Shown in pieces: positions 23,292 through 36,137 of a stretch of DNA of 64,000 bases. Within the stretch, counting starts at the first letter, position 1. Each line of letters opens with the position of its first letter. The notes under the pieces were generated by a model, which did no database searches, was not told the origin of the DNA, and saw only the letters and a program-made list of their open reading frames with translations. Source of the DNA: Laetmonice hystrix (lineage: Eukaryota); contig OZ249440.1 in NCBI GenBank assembly GCA_965235115.1, positions 33,978,001-34,042,000 of the forward strand. The letters run 5' to 3'. Made by a program: the position numbers and the translations under genes.

Positions 23292-24911
23292 CAGACCTGT
23301 CAACCTACAGAGAGAAGAAACCGGGAGATTTTTAAAAGTTGGTGTCCAAAAACCTGGAAATTGGGAGGAAAACCGGGAGGTTTTTGGGGGAAAACCTGGA
23401 GATTTTTGGGGGAAACCTGGAGACTACATTATGAAGCTGATACAGACCTATGAGTGGGGGAGAAACGTTAGTATGGCGCCACTAAATTCTACACATGAAG
23501 TACACAACTTACATACCATCATGTACAGTGGTCCCCCTCATAAGCGACCACTCCTGCTGCAGAGAGAAAGTGGTCGCTAGTGGCGGGTGGTCGCCTAAAC
23601 GAGGGATCGTTAAGTACACATGGTTACCACCAGGTGGCTACATGTGAGATAACTACACACAGTTAACACTAGGTGGCGACTTCCCAGTTAGAGGGAGGGG
23701 ACAAAGAGGGAGGCACGTGTGGAGTTATTCTTGCCAAATAACCCCACATGACAAAGTTTCAGTTCAGAGAGACAAAAAATATTTAATTTTATTTAAGGAA
23801 AGACTCTAGTCTTGTCTGTTTCATTTCATTTACAGCTTTTCTAGACTCTTCTTTTAGCAAGTCTTGCAGTTTGTAAACGCAGTCCAGCATCTGTGTAGGT
23901 TTGCTGTTTCAGAGAAAGTCTACAATTTGCACTGCATTCTGCCACGCTTTTTTAGGGGGTTTCAACAGGCATTGTAGTAGGAAGGGGGGCAAAACTGTTA
24001 GCTTAATGTGTGATGGAAGCCTGGCGGGGAAGGTGAGAGACTGGGCCCTAGCAGCCGTGGTGGGCAGGCAAGGTGGTCGGGCCGGGCAGGCAATGTGAGA
24101 CACGTGGCCATTGTGGGATGGAAGTGGGTGGGTGGGTGGGGGTTGGGGGTGTTGGTGTTGGGTCGGCAGGATGCCAGGCAGCCGGGCATGGGGAGACAAC
24201 AGTGTTATGACTAGCCACGGCTGGCTGATTCTCAAAGGCTGGTCGCTGATAAGGGGTGACCAGTGGAGTTGGTGCAGGGATATGCCGGTCGCTGGTCGTT
24301 AGTGCCGGGTGGTCGCTTATAAGGGTGGAATTATAGTGTGAAGTGGTTAATGCAGTAAAAATGCGGTCGCTAGAGGCGGGTGGTCGCTTATAAGGGGTGG
24401 TCTTTAACAGGGGGACCACTGTAATGACTGAGACTGTTGTACATAGATTCATGTAAAGTATGTTTTAATTCCTCATCTTCCCTCCGTGATCCTCCTCATG
24501 ATCACTTCCATCCGCTCTACATGAAAAGGGTGTTACTAAGTCTAGAAACCCGTTAGTGCGGGTAGCTACTGTCGTTATAGTCAACTACATTACACATCAG
24601 TTCAATAAATTTAAAATAAAAAATTGTCCTAAGACATCAGCTCCTTTATGTTGTTTCTTTTCTCTTTATGTATCCTTTTTTAGTCTTCTGCGTTGCATAT
24701 AGTGTACATAGTCAAACATATTTTTCATTATATTTTAAACTTAAAATTGTACAAACATATTTATCTATCTTTTTTCTTGTGTTTTGTGTACATTTGTGTG
24801 CATACATGAGTTTTCAATTTACCGTGAGAAAATTGTGACATACCGGGGGGACGGGGGATCAGGTTAAAAACCGGGAGTCCCCCGGTGAAACTGGGCGACT
24901 TGACAGGTCTG
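23292..24911. mobile_element. hAT-like non-autonomous element
   Basis: 12-bp TIR CAGACCTGTCAA with subterminal AAACC(G/T)GG repeats at both ends. TSD not clear. Confidence 0.7.
23526..24421. mobile_element. Tigger/pogo-like MITE nested in the hAT-like element
   Basis: TA|CAGTGGTCCCCCT...AGGGGGACCACTG|TA with subterminal GGTGGTCGCT repeats. Confidence 0.85.
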
Positions 24912-25066
24912 GATTTGACATAATGAAACTTTCACACAGAGCAGGTTGTTTTTCTAAATTCTCTGCATGGTGTTCAGTGATGATGACAGAGCTTGTGGTC
25001 TGGGTTGTGGCAGCCTGCATTACTGCTCGGTACCATGTGTGTTGTTGAAGGAGTTCAACTCATTTA

Positions 25067-25346
25067 AGGCAGAGGATATCGACACCGACAGCACCTGTCA
25101 ATAGTTCACAGGATGTTTCTTATTGACACCGAGCAGTGTCAATAACACATAGAATGTTTCTTATTGACACCGACATCAAGATCCACTGCTCAATTAGTGA
25201 CTATTTAACAACACTTTTGGGACTAAACTAACACTAACCCTAGGCCTAACCTTTACCCTAACCCAAGCACACTGTTTCGTGTCGGAATTAGTCAACCTAA
25301 TTTAGGTCGGCTGTTTCCGTGGTGGTGTCAATAGCCAGTCCTGCCT
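25067..25346. mobile_element. Short element sharing its internal core with the 2621-2863 MITE
   Basis: Shared CACATAGAATGTTTCTTATTGACACCGACATC and AACTAACACTAACCCTAGGCCTAACCTTTACCCTAAC, with different imperfect termini (AGGCAG...GACACC). Confidence 0.65.
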
Positions 25347-25992
25347 CCATCCTGACTAGGGACTAATTTCATTACATTTCGTTTCATTCTGATAAAATGT
25401 GTTAAAACAGAGTCTGACAACTCGCATGTTATTTGGAAGGTATTTCAGCCCTCAACATTAAGCATTTTGATGTACTGGCCCACAGGGCCAGTAGAAAATG
25501 AAAGTTACTGGCCCAGGTAATTGGTCCACTGGCCCGGGTATGGGGGGTCTATGCATGCTGCTGGATGCATTAGAAGTACTACTACAGGTGCACAGCACAA
25601 ATGGTGGTACATTCCAAGGGCATATTGCTCTAAAATAATGTAGTTTCTCTAGTTAGTTGCCAGCAATGGCATCTGCACTGTAGATGATCCCCAGCGTCCA
25701 GCTCCCCAACCTGGAAACCAGCCCAGTTATTTTAAAAACCAAACTCGTTCTCTACAATGTTTGCTACTGAGTCACCCAACCTAGTAACAACACCAACCTA
25801 GTAACAAGACCAATCTCAAAATATTAAGTTTCATACTAATGTGTTCAAATCCTGCCGGCGTGGCCCTTCAAGACTCAGAAACATTAAGCGACTCAGTTGT
25901 ATTGAGGAGAGTGACGAGCGCCAGTCTGACTTTTTTCGTTTCGTACAACTGAATCTGCGCTCACAAACGGCGTTGCTTATAGCCATGATGAT

Positions 25993-28900
25993 AAAGTAGA
26001 CATGCTAAGAGCTCAAAAAGGGGTGAACACTGCATTTTATAGTGCAAATGTCTAACTTGGCATGATTGGTCCTTAGGGCAAAAGGAAAAAAAATATCCAA
26101 AGAGACATGTTGTCTCTATGCATAGAGGCCCTTAATTTGCATAAATTATGCTAATTAGCACCCGACGGAAGTCCATTTCTAACTTTTGAACCAATTCACT
26201 TAGAAATACGTGTGATAGGTGGATTTCAACTAATTTGGGGGTCAGAAATCCATCTGCAGGGTTATTTTGACACTTGGCGGCCATTTTGACCCTCAAATCC
26301 AAGATGGCCGCCAGCAACCATCTGAAATCTAGCCTAAAGGTACTTCATAATTTAAACTAATTGAGGACAAACTTGTGTTATGCATGGATTTTCATTTTTG
26401 GGGGTTGGGAAACTCATTTCTGTCATTTCTTTGCAATAAGAGTCCATGTTTAAGGTAAAATCCAAGATGGCTGCTCTTGGGTAGGCCTATAGGGCCTATT
26501 AGAAAACATGATTGGCCTAGGCCTATATCAAACGCATGAAAATTGAATATAGTCCGGAGGCCAAAGGGCTGAACCTGGAAATGTGGTATCACTTTTATTT
26601 TTTGATGGATTTAAGGTGCCAAGGTCGTCCTGAGTGAGAATCCGCCTGATGCCAGCTTGGCACCCTTGAGCATTTTTTTTTAATTTGCATAAATCCAATA
26701 TGGCCGCCATCTTACCCATGGCGATTCACTTTTGGCATTATCTCCACCCGTAAATTGACTTTTTTCATTATATAATTTTTTTCCAAGGAGGTTCTGGGAC
26801 AGAGGAATCGGTTACAAGAAAAAAAAGAATGATTGGCCGCGCCCTCATTTGCATAAATTAAATATGGCCGCCATCTTAACACGAATTTGAGCTATTCTGG
26901 CTATATCTCAACGTCAAAATGGAATTTTACTCTTTATAAAGTACTGTTCAGGGGATAAATGACGTACACAATCTTTTTGCAGTGATACATATTCTAATTG
27001 GTCCACCCCTCATTTGCATAAATCCAATATGGCCGCCATCTTCCCCATGGCGATTCACTTTTGGCATCATCTCCAACTGTAAATTGACTTTTTTCATTAT
27101 GTAAATTATTTTTAGGAGGTTCTGGGAATCGGTTACTAGAAGAAAAAGAGTGATTGGCTCGATCCCTCATTTGCATAAATTAAATATAGCCGCCATGTTG
27201 GCCAGGACTCTGGCTATTCTGGCTAAATCTTCAGTGAGTTTACTCTTTAAAAAAGCTATAAAATTTGCAATATGTAGTCTATTTCTTGTGGCAAGAAAGT
27301 GAAGTGGCAAGCAATCTATGTTGATATTGTTACCAATGAGGGCTCCCTTAGCTTACATGTTTTTACTGAACTTAGACTGAAACAAACACTAGAGTGAGGG
27401 CTCCCCACAGGTATTGACTGCCCTTGGGCTGGAGCAAACACTACAGTGAGGGCTGCCTCTATGTATTGACTGCCCTTAGGCTGGAGCAAGCAGTACAGTG
27501 AACGCTCCCTACATGTATTGAGTGGCGTCATACTCGAGCAAACACTACTCTACATGGATTGACTGAGTTTAGACTGGAGCAAACACTACAGTGATGGCTC
27601 CCTACATGTATTGACTGCGCTTGGGCTGGAGCAAACGCTACAGTGAGGACTCCCTACATGTATTGACTGGCCTTATACTCGAGCAAACACTACAGTGAGG
27701 GCTCCCAACATGTACTGTCTGGTCTTTTGCGCTCACTGTTAGTCTTTGCTCGAGTATAAGGCCAGTCAGTACATGTGGTGACCCCTCACTGTAGTGTTTG
27801 CACGAGTATAAGGCCAGAGGGTACATGTTGGGAGCCCTCACTGTAGTGTTTGCTCCAGGCCTAGGGCAGTCAATACATGTAGGGAGCCCTCACTCTAGTA
27901 TTTGCTAGAGTATAAGGCCAGTCAGTCGATGTGGTGACCTTTCACTGTAGTGTTTGCTCGAGTATAAGGCCAGTCAGTACATGTTGTGACCCCTCATTGT
28001 AGTGTTTGCTCGAGTATAAGGTGCCCTCACTTTAGTGTTTGCTTCAGTCTAACCTCAGTCAAAACATGTAGGGAGCCCCCACTGTACTGTTTCCCCCAGC
28101 GCTAAGCCAGTCTTTCCATGGAGGGAGCCCTCACTGTAGTGTTTGCTTCAGTCTAAGCTCAGTCAATCCATGTACATAGCCCTCACTGTAGTGTTTGCTC
28201 GAGTATAAGGCCAGACAGTCCATGTTGGGGGCATGTAGTGAACCCTCACTGTATGGTTTGCTGCAGCCAATGGCCAGCCATTACATGGAGGGAACCGGCC
28301 CTGTAGTGTTTGCTCGAGTATAAGATCAGTCAGTGGATGTGGTGAGCCCTCACTGTAGTGTTTGCTCGAGTATAAGGCCAGGCAGTACATGTTGGGAGCC
28401 CTCACTGTAGTGTTTGTTTCAGTCTAAGCTCAGTCAAAACATGTAGGGAGCCCTCACTGGCAACAATATCAACAGAGATTGCTTACCACTTCACTTTCTT
28501 GCCACAAGAAATAGACTACATATTGCAAATGAGCTTTTTTAAGGAGTAAAACTCATTTTGACGTGAAGATATAGCCAGAATAGCTCGAGTTCTGGCTAAC
28601 ATGGCGCTATATTTAATTTATGCAAATGAGGGAGCGAGCCAATCACTCTTCTTCTTCTAGGAACCGATTCCCAAAACCTCCTAAAAATAATTTACATAAT
28701 GAAAAAAGTCAATTTACAGTTGGAGATAATGCCAAAAGTGACTTACAATGGGTAAGATGGCGGCCATATTGGATTTATGCAAATGAGGGGTGGACCAATT
28801 AGAATGAGTAAAATTCCATTTTGACGTTGAGATATAGCCAGAATAGCTCAAATTCGTGTTAAGATGGCGGCCATATTTAATTTATGCAAATGAGGGCGCG

Positions 28901-29717
28901 ACCAATCACTCTCTTTTTTCTTGTACCTTGTCCCAGATCCTCCTAGAAAAAATTGAATAATGAAAAAAGACAATTTACGTTTGGAGATAATGCCAAAAGT
29001 GAATCGCCATGGGTATATTGGATTTATGCAAATGAGGGGTGGACCAATTAGAATATGTATCACTGCAAAAAGATTGTGTACGTCATTTATCCCCTGAACA
29101 GTACTTTATAAAGAGTAAATGAGGGGTGGACCAATTAGAATGAGTAAAATTCCATTTTGACGTTGCGATATAGCCAGAATAGCTCAAATTCGTGTTAAGA
29201 TGGCGGCCATATTTAATTTATGCAAATGAGGGCGCGGCCAATCATTCTTTTTTTCTTGTGACCGATTCCTCTGTCCCAGAACCTCCTAGGAAAAAAATTA
29301 TACACTGAAAAAAGTCAATTTACGGGTGGAGATAATGCCAAAAGTGAATCGCCATGGGTAAGAACCATGTACAACATGTACCGTAAGCTAGATTTCAGAT
29401 GGTTGCTGGCGGCCATCTTGGATTTGAGGGTCAAAATGGCCGCCAAATGTCAAAATAACCCTGCAGATGGATTTCTCACCCCCAAATTAGTTGAAATCCA
29501 CCTATCACACGTATCTCTAAGTAAATTGGTTCAAAAGTTAGAAATCTACTTCCGTCGGGTGCTAATTAACATAATTTATGCAAATTAGGGGCCTCTATGC
29601 ATAGAGACAACTTGTCTCTTTGGATATTTTTTTTCCTTTTGCCCTAAGGACCAATCATGCCAAGTTAGACATTTGCACTATAAAATGCAGTGTTCACCCC
29701 CTTACCATGTCTACTTT
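25993..29717. mobile_element. ~3.7-kb foldback element with modular inverted arms
   Basis: 26020-26335 is the reverse complement of 29385-29701, and 27000-27350 mirrors 28430-28805. Central ~52-bp tandem repeats switch orientation near 27725. No coding capacity seen. Confidence 0.9.
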
Positions 29718-29901
29718 TTCAGCAAGCACGACAAGGGAAGGGAACTTCTCCTTCAGGTACTCTGCAAATAGAACAGTTAGCATTTATAGTAGTGTCCAAT
29801 AAACAAAGAAACTTTACATCCCTCCTATTATTATAACATGTACTAATAAATCTGTCAGACCTGCTAACTAAATTTGACCATACTTGCTTTATTTTATGTA
29901 A

Positions 29902-30287
29902 GGCCAAAAAAAAAAAAGTTTCGTTTCTTGTCCTTTCATATAAAAAAATTGGTGCGGTGACGCGGTTTTTTTTTTTTTTTCATCTTTCTTTTTTTTTGTG
30001 GATGCAACTAGACAACGGCCGATTCTTCGAATGCAATTGCTGTTGGGTACATAAATCTTGAAGAAAAGACTAATGCAATGATGTTCAATGTTTTAGAATG
30101 TGTAAAACTCACATAAAATCAACAAGACTAACAGAAAAACGCCAACGCCAAAGAACCGTTGCAACGTTCTGTCACAGCGCTACACTGCCCACCATATGAA
30201 GCAGTCGGATTTGAAAAAAAAGACTTGACGCGGGGGTTTTTAGGTGACGCGCGCGGGGACAAGAAACGAATCTATTTTTTTTTGGCC
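29902..30287. mobile_element. PIF/Harbinger-type MITE
   Basis: TIR GGCC(A)n..TTCGTTTCTTGTCC with TAA target duplication on both sides. Confidence 0.85.
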
Positions 30288-31563
30288 TAAAATTGCCTGA
30301 AGCCATATTTACTAGAAAAGATACGAAGAGAAGAAATAATGGGTACCTCACTCCAACATTGATGTAAGGGTGTCCCTCATTGAACACTTTTTGCTCCTCG
30401 CCCAGGATTTATATAGTCAATACTCTTCATTGATGCTTTGAACTGTGACCCCTTCACATTCGAGCAGATGTTCATAATGCTAACATAGGTTGGCAATGTC
30501 CTCCAAACCATGTACTGCCAATTTCTCCATGCTCTCCCTCGACCCATCTAAGTTTGCGAGATCCAGGGCACGAAACATGGAGACAATGCTGCCACCATAC
30601 AGGTCCCCAAGGGGTGATTGGATATGGTCCACTGTTGCTTCTGTTAAAAAAATTCAAAGTATCATAGAAAAAGAATATCACTACATTTGTGGTAATTGTG
30701 GCCTTGAATGTCAAAACTTGTCATTACAGAACATGTCGTAGAAAGCAAAAAACTCTGGAACATATATTGACAATTAAAAATTATGGTTTAAGCTTTTGTG
30801 CAGAGTATACAGCTCGGATCTGTGACTTGATGAATTTCCAGTTGAGCAATTAAAGACATCATCTAGTATTCATTGCCAAGAGCCAAAAGACATCATCTAG
30901 TATTCATTGCTAAGAGCACTACTATTGCTTTTGGCAATTTAAATTACCTATCACCTCCTTTCTATCCCCTTGAAGACAGTCTGTGTTTATGTTTCTTAAC
31001 TCGACCGCATTATACTTCCCAGTCTGTGCAACAGATTGAGCCAGGTTTGAGCGACAATTCGATTAAGGCACTGCTGCAGGCCTTCTGGTAGTCTATGGCT
31101 TCGCCGAAAAGTAACAACAAATATTTACATTAGCTTCTAAGGTTCTTGACATAGGGGATAAAAGTTGATGTCTTGCTGAATTACAAGGTAGAGAGTTATG
31201 AATTAAAAATACAAACTTTTTCTTAGATGAGAAACAAAAAATATGTAAAAATGAAAAGTTTCAGATTCAAAAATACTCAACTAAAATGTAGCTAGACATT
31301 CTCCCTTGGCTTCGTCTGCTTGTCTCCCCTACTTGTTCGGGATACACTACAAGCCCGTGATTTTAGGTATGACGTCATGGCGTGGGGGCGGAGCCTCGAG
31401 TCGTCAGCCGGAAATTCCTTGTCCAAGAGGCTCTGACAGGTTCCTTCTACGGGGGCCCATCGACGGGTTCTATCGATTTGAGGGTGTCGGCGACAAAGGC
31501 CATGGGCGGATCCAGGACAGGAGCGTGTTTCAATAAGCAAGTCGGAGAGTGGCGTATACCGGG

Positions 31564-31695
31564 TGTAATGCTCGGTGGTGGACAGACACAACGTGGTGTG
31601 TTTAAGATGGTTTAATCCACGAACAACTTCCGGTACAGCCGGCTACAACTACGATGGTACAGTAGCGCAGAACTACAATACACATATCCGTTACA
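31564..31695 (-). repeat. 3' LTR
   Basis: Direct repeat of 36006-36137, adjacent to the polypurine tract. Confidence 0.97.
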
Positions 31696-31713
31696 CCTTT
31701 CTTTCCCCCCTTT
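31696..31713 (-). other. Polypurine tract
   Basis: Minus strand AAAGGGGGGAAAGAAAGG abuts the 3' LTR. Confidence 0.9.
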
Positions 31714-31812
31714 AAAGGAAACACAAGTATTGAAACGGCGGACGGTAAACAAGACTAACTAGAATTACACAAGTACAAGTGTAATGTCAGTACACATAGC
31801 ACAGTTAGTAAC

Positions 31813-34800
31813 TTATAAGTTCAGATGCTCAGGGCGCTTGATATGACGACCGCAGCGCGTCTGTGCCGACAGTGGTACAGTAGACGGGGGGGTTGAACTC
31901 GGAAGCTCCGGTTCAGGTACTGGAGGAACTGACGGCACACCGTCAGACTGCTGGTCAGTTGGACCGGGGTGCCTAACATCAGGCTCTCGGGTTTGCACGG
32001 CAACCCGAGTGGGTCTTTCTGGTAATCCACGTGTGACAACTTGGCCACGCACATCCTCGTTGACGTCAGCAGGTGCTGGAGGGGATGGGGACTCTGTAAA
32101 GCTGGCCCCATAAGCACACAACCTCAGAAATTTCCGGTTCCGTCTGTATTTGCGGCCCTGGCACTCAACCACATATGAGCGCGGCGCATCATGGTGTTGC
32201 ACAACCTTTGCCTGTAGCCATCTATTGGTTCCAGGCACCTGCATCCTTACTGGATCGCCCGACTGCAACACTGGCTTGTCTCCTGCTGCTCTGCGATCAT
32301 AATATAGCTTCTGCCGCGTCTTGTCTGCTTCCAGTCGTGACCAGACCTCACCTGTATCATAGGCAGCAGGACGTAGCAATGCTTTTGCTAACGGCAGTTT
32401 GGTACGCAGCCTCCGACTCATGGACAGCTGTGCTGGCGACAGACCGCAACTCTCCAGCGGTGCGGCTCTGTAGTCCAACAGTGCTAGCTGCTTGTCTACA
32501 CACTTGGTCCACAGTCTTTTCACCGTCTGCACAGCTCGCTCCGCTTCCCCATTCGACTGAGGATAGGCTGGCGATGACGTAATATGCCGAATTCCATATG
32601 CCTTCACGAACTTAGCGAACTCCTGGGAGTTATATTGGGGACCATTGTCACTGCGCAGAACCTCTGGGATTCCGTGCCTGCAGATCTGTGCTTTCAGGAC
32701 CTCTATTGTGGTCGCACTGGACAGGTCAGGGAGCCGGTCCACCTCGATATACTTGCTAAAATAGTCCACAGACAGCAAGTAATGACTTCCCTGCCAATCA
32801 AATATGTCCGTTCCTACGACATTCCATGGCAACTCAGGCGTTGGGGTCGGCTTCAAACTTTCTGTGGCTTGCCTGTTTTGGAAGCTGTTACAGGCCGCAC
32901 AATCACCAACCATCTACTTGATAGCCTGAGTCATTCCAGGCCAGAAAAGTGCTTCACTCGCCCTTTGTTTGCACTTTGTAATCCCCATGTGAGATTCATG
33001 AATCTGCGATAGCATGTCCTTGCGTAAGCTTGGCGGCACCACTATCTTCATACCCTTCAGGATGATTCCATCTGCTACTGAGAGTTCATCTCTGAAGTTC
33101 CAGTATTCCCTGGCCGAGTGAGGCGTCTCTTGCTTCGTGTCAGGCCACCCTTTTTTGATCACCTGTTGAAGCTCATACAGCTCATGTGCTGTTGCTTCCT
33201 GAAACTGCCTGTATCTGTCTGGTTCGATGGCGACATGGTCTATCACGTTAATAAGCACTGGCTCCACATCTGGCTCGTCCTCCGGGAGATTCGCGCGGCT
33301 CAGGGCATCTCCTACTGGGATCTCCTTGCCTGGCTTGTACATAACTGTGATGTCATAGGGGTGTAGGCGAAGCATCATGGCTTGTAGCCTCATAGGCGCT
33401 GCTAGAAGTGGTTTGGCAAATATAGCCTGTAGCGGTTTATGGTCGCTTTCCACTCGCACTGGCCTCCCAAAGATATAGAAGTGAAACCTCTTACAGGCAT
33501 GCACGATTGCCAGAGTTTCCTTCTCTATCTGGGCATAGCGCTGTTCTGTCTGGGTTAGGGCACGCGACGTGTAAGCTACAGGATTCCCATCCTGCAGCAG
33601 CACTGCTCCCAGACCACAGCTGCTAGCGTCACATTGGACTGTCACTTCCTTCTTCGGATCAAACCGTGCTAGTACTGGTGCCTCACTACACAGAGTTTTG
33701 AGCTTTTCAAAGCTGTCCTGCTGGGCTTGTAACCAGAAGAAATCAACATCCTTCTTCAGCACTACCCTGAGTGGGGCATCAACCGTGCTCAGGTCTGGTA
33801 GGAATTTGCCTAGGTACTGCACCATACCCAGAAATCTCCTTATGCCCTCTTTGTTTGTTGGTACCGGCATTTTGCGGATGGCTTTCACTTTGTCCGGATG
33901 CGCCTCGAGCCCATGTGCAGTTAGGGTGTGCCCACAATAATTCACCTGACGCTGCTTCACTTGGCACTTTTTGAAGTTGAAGCGCAGATTGTAATCAGTC
34001 GCCCTACGAATGACTCGCTCCAGAATTCTGTCATGCTCCTTCTCATCCTTTCCTCCAATGAGAATGTCATCCATTATCGCCTTTGCTCCTGGAACCCCTT
34101 CCAGCATGTCGTCCATTACTCTCTGGAACAGCTCCGGCGCCGACTTCACACCGAACGGGAGACGTAGCCATCGATATCTTCCTTGCGGACTGTTAAATGT
34201 GGTCAGCAGGCTGGACTCATGATCCAATCGCAGCTGTAAAAATCCAGATTTTGCATCCAGGACCGACCACACTGTTGCTTCAGGGAAATGGGCCACTACC
34301 TCCTCCACCGTAGGAATGGGGTAGTGCTCCCTTTTGATCGCCCTATTTAGATCTTTCGGATCCAGGCAGATACGTACCCGACCCTCCTTTACAACGGTTA
34401 CCATAGAGTTCACCCAATCCGTCGGCTCTGTGACCTTCACAATGTGTCCATCCCTCTCCATTTCGTCTAACTTGGCACATATTTTACTTCTTAGCGCCTG
34501 TGGTTGCCGACGTGGCCCATGAACCACAGGAGGAATGGACGGGTCTATCTTGAGGGAGTAGGTACCGGGCAGCATCGCTGTCGTCTGCCTCACCTCTGGG
34601 TAGCTGTCAATTCCATCAACAGCATGAACTCTTGTAATCAGGCCTAGCTTGATACAGTTAGACCCTGATAGCAGTGGCGCACGGTCGTTGTGGACGACGT
34701 AGAATAGGACATCCACCATCGTGTTCCTGTGGCATACGCGCAGCACTGCACGTCCCGCCACCTTGAGGGGATGGCCCGTAAACGACTCGAACCCACTGTC

Positions 34801-35816
34801 AGCAGGCCTTAGTTTCGACGCACAGTTCATTTTCTTGAACAAGTCGTAGGGCAGAAGTGACCGCACTGCTCCTGTGTCTGGCTTCGCACATCATGGCCGT
34901 GGATATTGACCACTTCCCACCAATCACTGTCACTCTCAGTGCCCAGAATGGTTGATATCAGGTGCATGTCATTGTAGTCCTCCTCCGCAGTGTAGACTAC
35001 ATTGGCAGATCGGGACTGAACATTCGTATTATGACACACCCTAGCCCAGTGGCCTTTCCTTTTGCACTTGCCGCACATGCTGTCCTTCGCTGGGCACCTT
35101 GGATGTGTATTGGAAAATCCACACCTACCACAGGAAGCTTGCTTAGGGTGATCACTCTTTGATGCTGTTTGTGACCTACCCTTCTTCTTTTGTTTAGGTA
35201 TCTGGCTGCCTGCATGCTGCTTTTGTACTGAGTGTTCCTTGGTGTCTTCATCCACACTATGATCGATGACCCTGAGGCTGTCTTGAGACGTTTCATGACT
35301 CTGGCCGATTTGTATGGCCATCTCCAGCGTCAGCTCATCACCTCTATCCAGGCACTTCTCCCTCACGGCTGCACTGACAGCATTCAGTACAATGGCATCC
35401 CTCAGCATGCGGCTGTCATCAGTGTACCCACAGTCTTTCACTAATATCCTCAGGTCAGTGACAAACTCGTCAAACCGCTCCCTGGGACCCTGCTTTCTTC
35501 TATGGAAGTTTACAGCAGACCTTATTTGATTCCTTTTAGGTGCTACGTATGTTTCATACTTGCCATACACGCCTTTCAATGTATCGGACTCAGCTGGTCG
35601 GACATCAGTGGCTTCCTCAAAGCTGAACGTGGTATACAGTTCACGCCCTTTATCACCTATAAATGTCATCAAATAGTTCACCTTTTCCACCTCAGACTTG
35701 CTGGCTAGGGGACCTTTGAACGTAAAGTCACAGTGCTGGCGAAACCGACGCCACTCCTTCAGTAAATCACTCGCTTCCCAGTTCATAACTGGCTTGCTGC
35801 CCTTACTGTCCGCCAT
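31813..35816 (-). pseudogene. Gypsy gag-pol polyprotein with two lesions
   Basis: Gag from ATG 35816 with zinc knuckles (CGRC..H..C, CGKCKRKGHWARVC), protease DTGA (34867-34878), RT LDAKSGF/LPFG/IMDD, RNase H CDAS, integrase HHCC and DDE (SDNGPQ, NGEAER). Frameshift at ~34880 and in-frame TAG at 32914-32916. Confidence 0.95.
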
Positions 35817-35986
35817 CACACTCACACACGTGGAGGGGTATCCGGTTACCGCGACCGACGACCCGCACACACAAAACAACGTTCGTAGCCCTCACACATG
35901 AACCACACGGGCTCAAAGTCTGCCTGCTCACAGTCTATCCTTAGCGGAATATTAACATCCACCCCAGCTTGATTGTCACGTCGTAA

Positions 35987-36005
35987 ATCCCGACTTCTGT
36001 CACCA
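35987..36005 (-). other. Primer binding site, tRNA-Leu-like
   Basis: TGGTGACAGAAGTCGGGAT directly after the 5' LTR, close to the recalled tRNA-Leu PBS TGGTGTCAGAAGTGGGAT. Confidence 0.8.
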
Positions 36006-36137
36006 TGTAATGCTCGGTGGTGGACAGACACAACGTGGTGTGTTTAAGATGGTTTAATCCACGAACAACTTCCGGTACAGCCGGCTACAACTACGATGGT
36101 ACGGTCGCGCAGAACTACAATACACATATCCGTTACA
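36006..36137 (-). repeat. 5' LTR
   Basis: Direct repeat of 31564-31695. Confidence 0.97.

Larger units (their letters stand above)
31564..36137 (-). mobile_element. Full-length Ty3/Gypsy LTR retrotransposon (Mag-like)
   Basis: 132-bp TGTAA...TTACA LTRs at 31564-31695 and 36006-36137 (2 mismatches seen), 5-bp TSD CCGGG, PBS, PPT and domain order gag-PR-RT-RH-IN. Confidence 0.98.

Noticed and set aside
30290..30760. Possible decayed hAT transposase C-terminus on the minus strand
   Set aside because: Only a faint resemblance to the CERGFS motif, too degraded to support.
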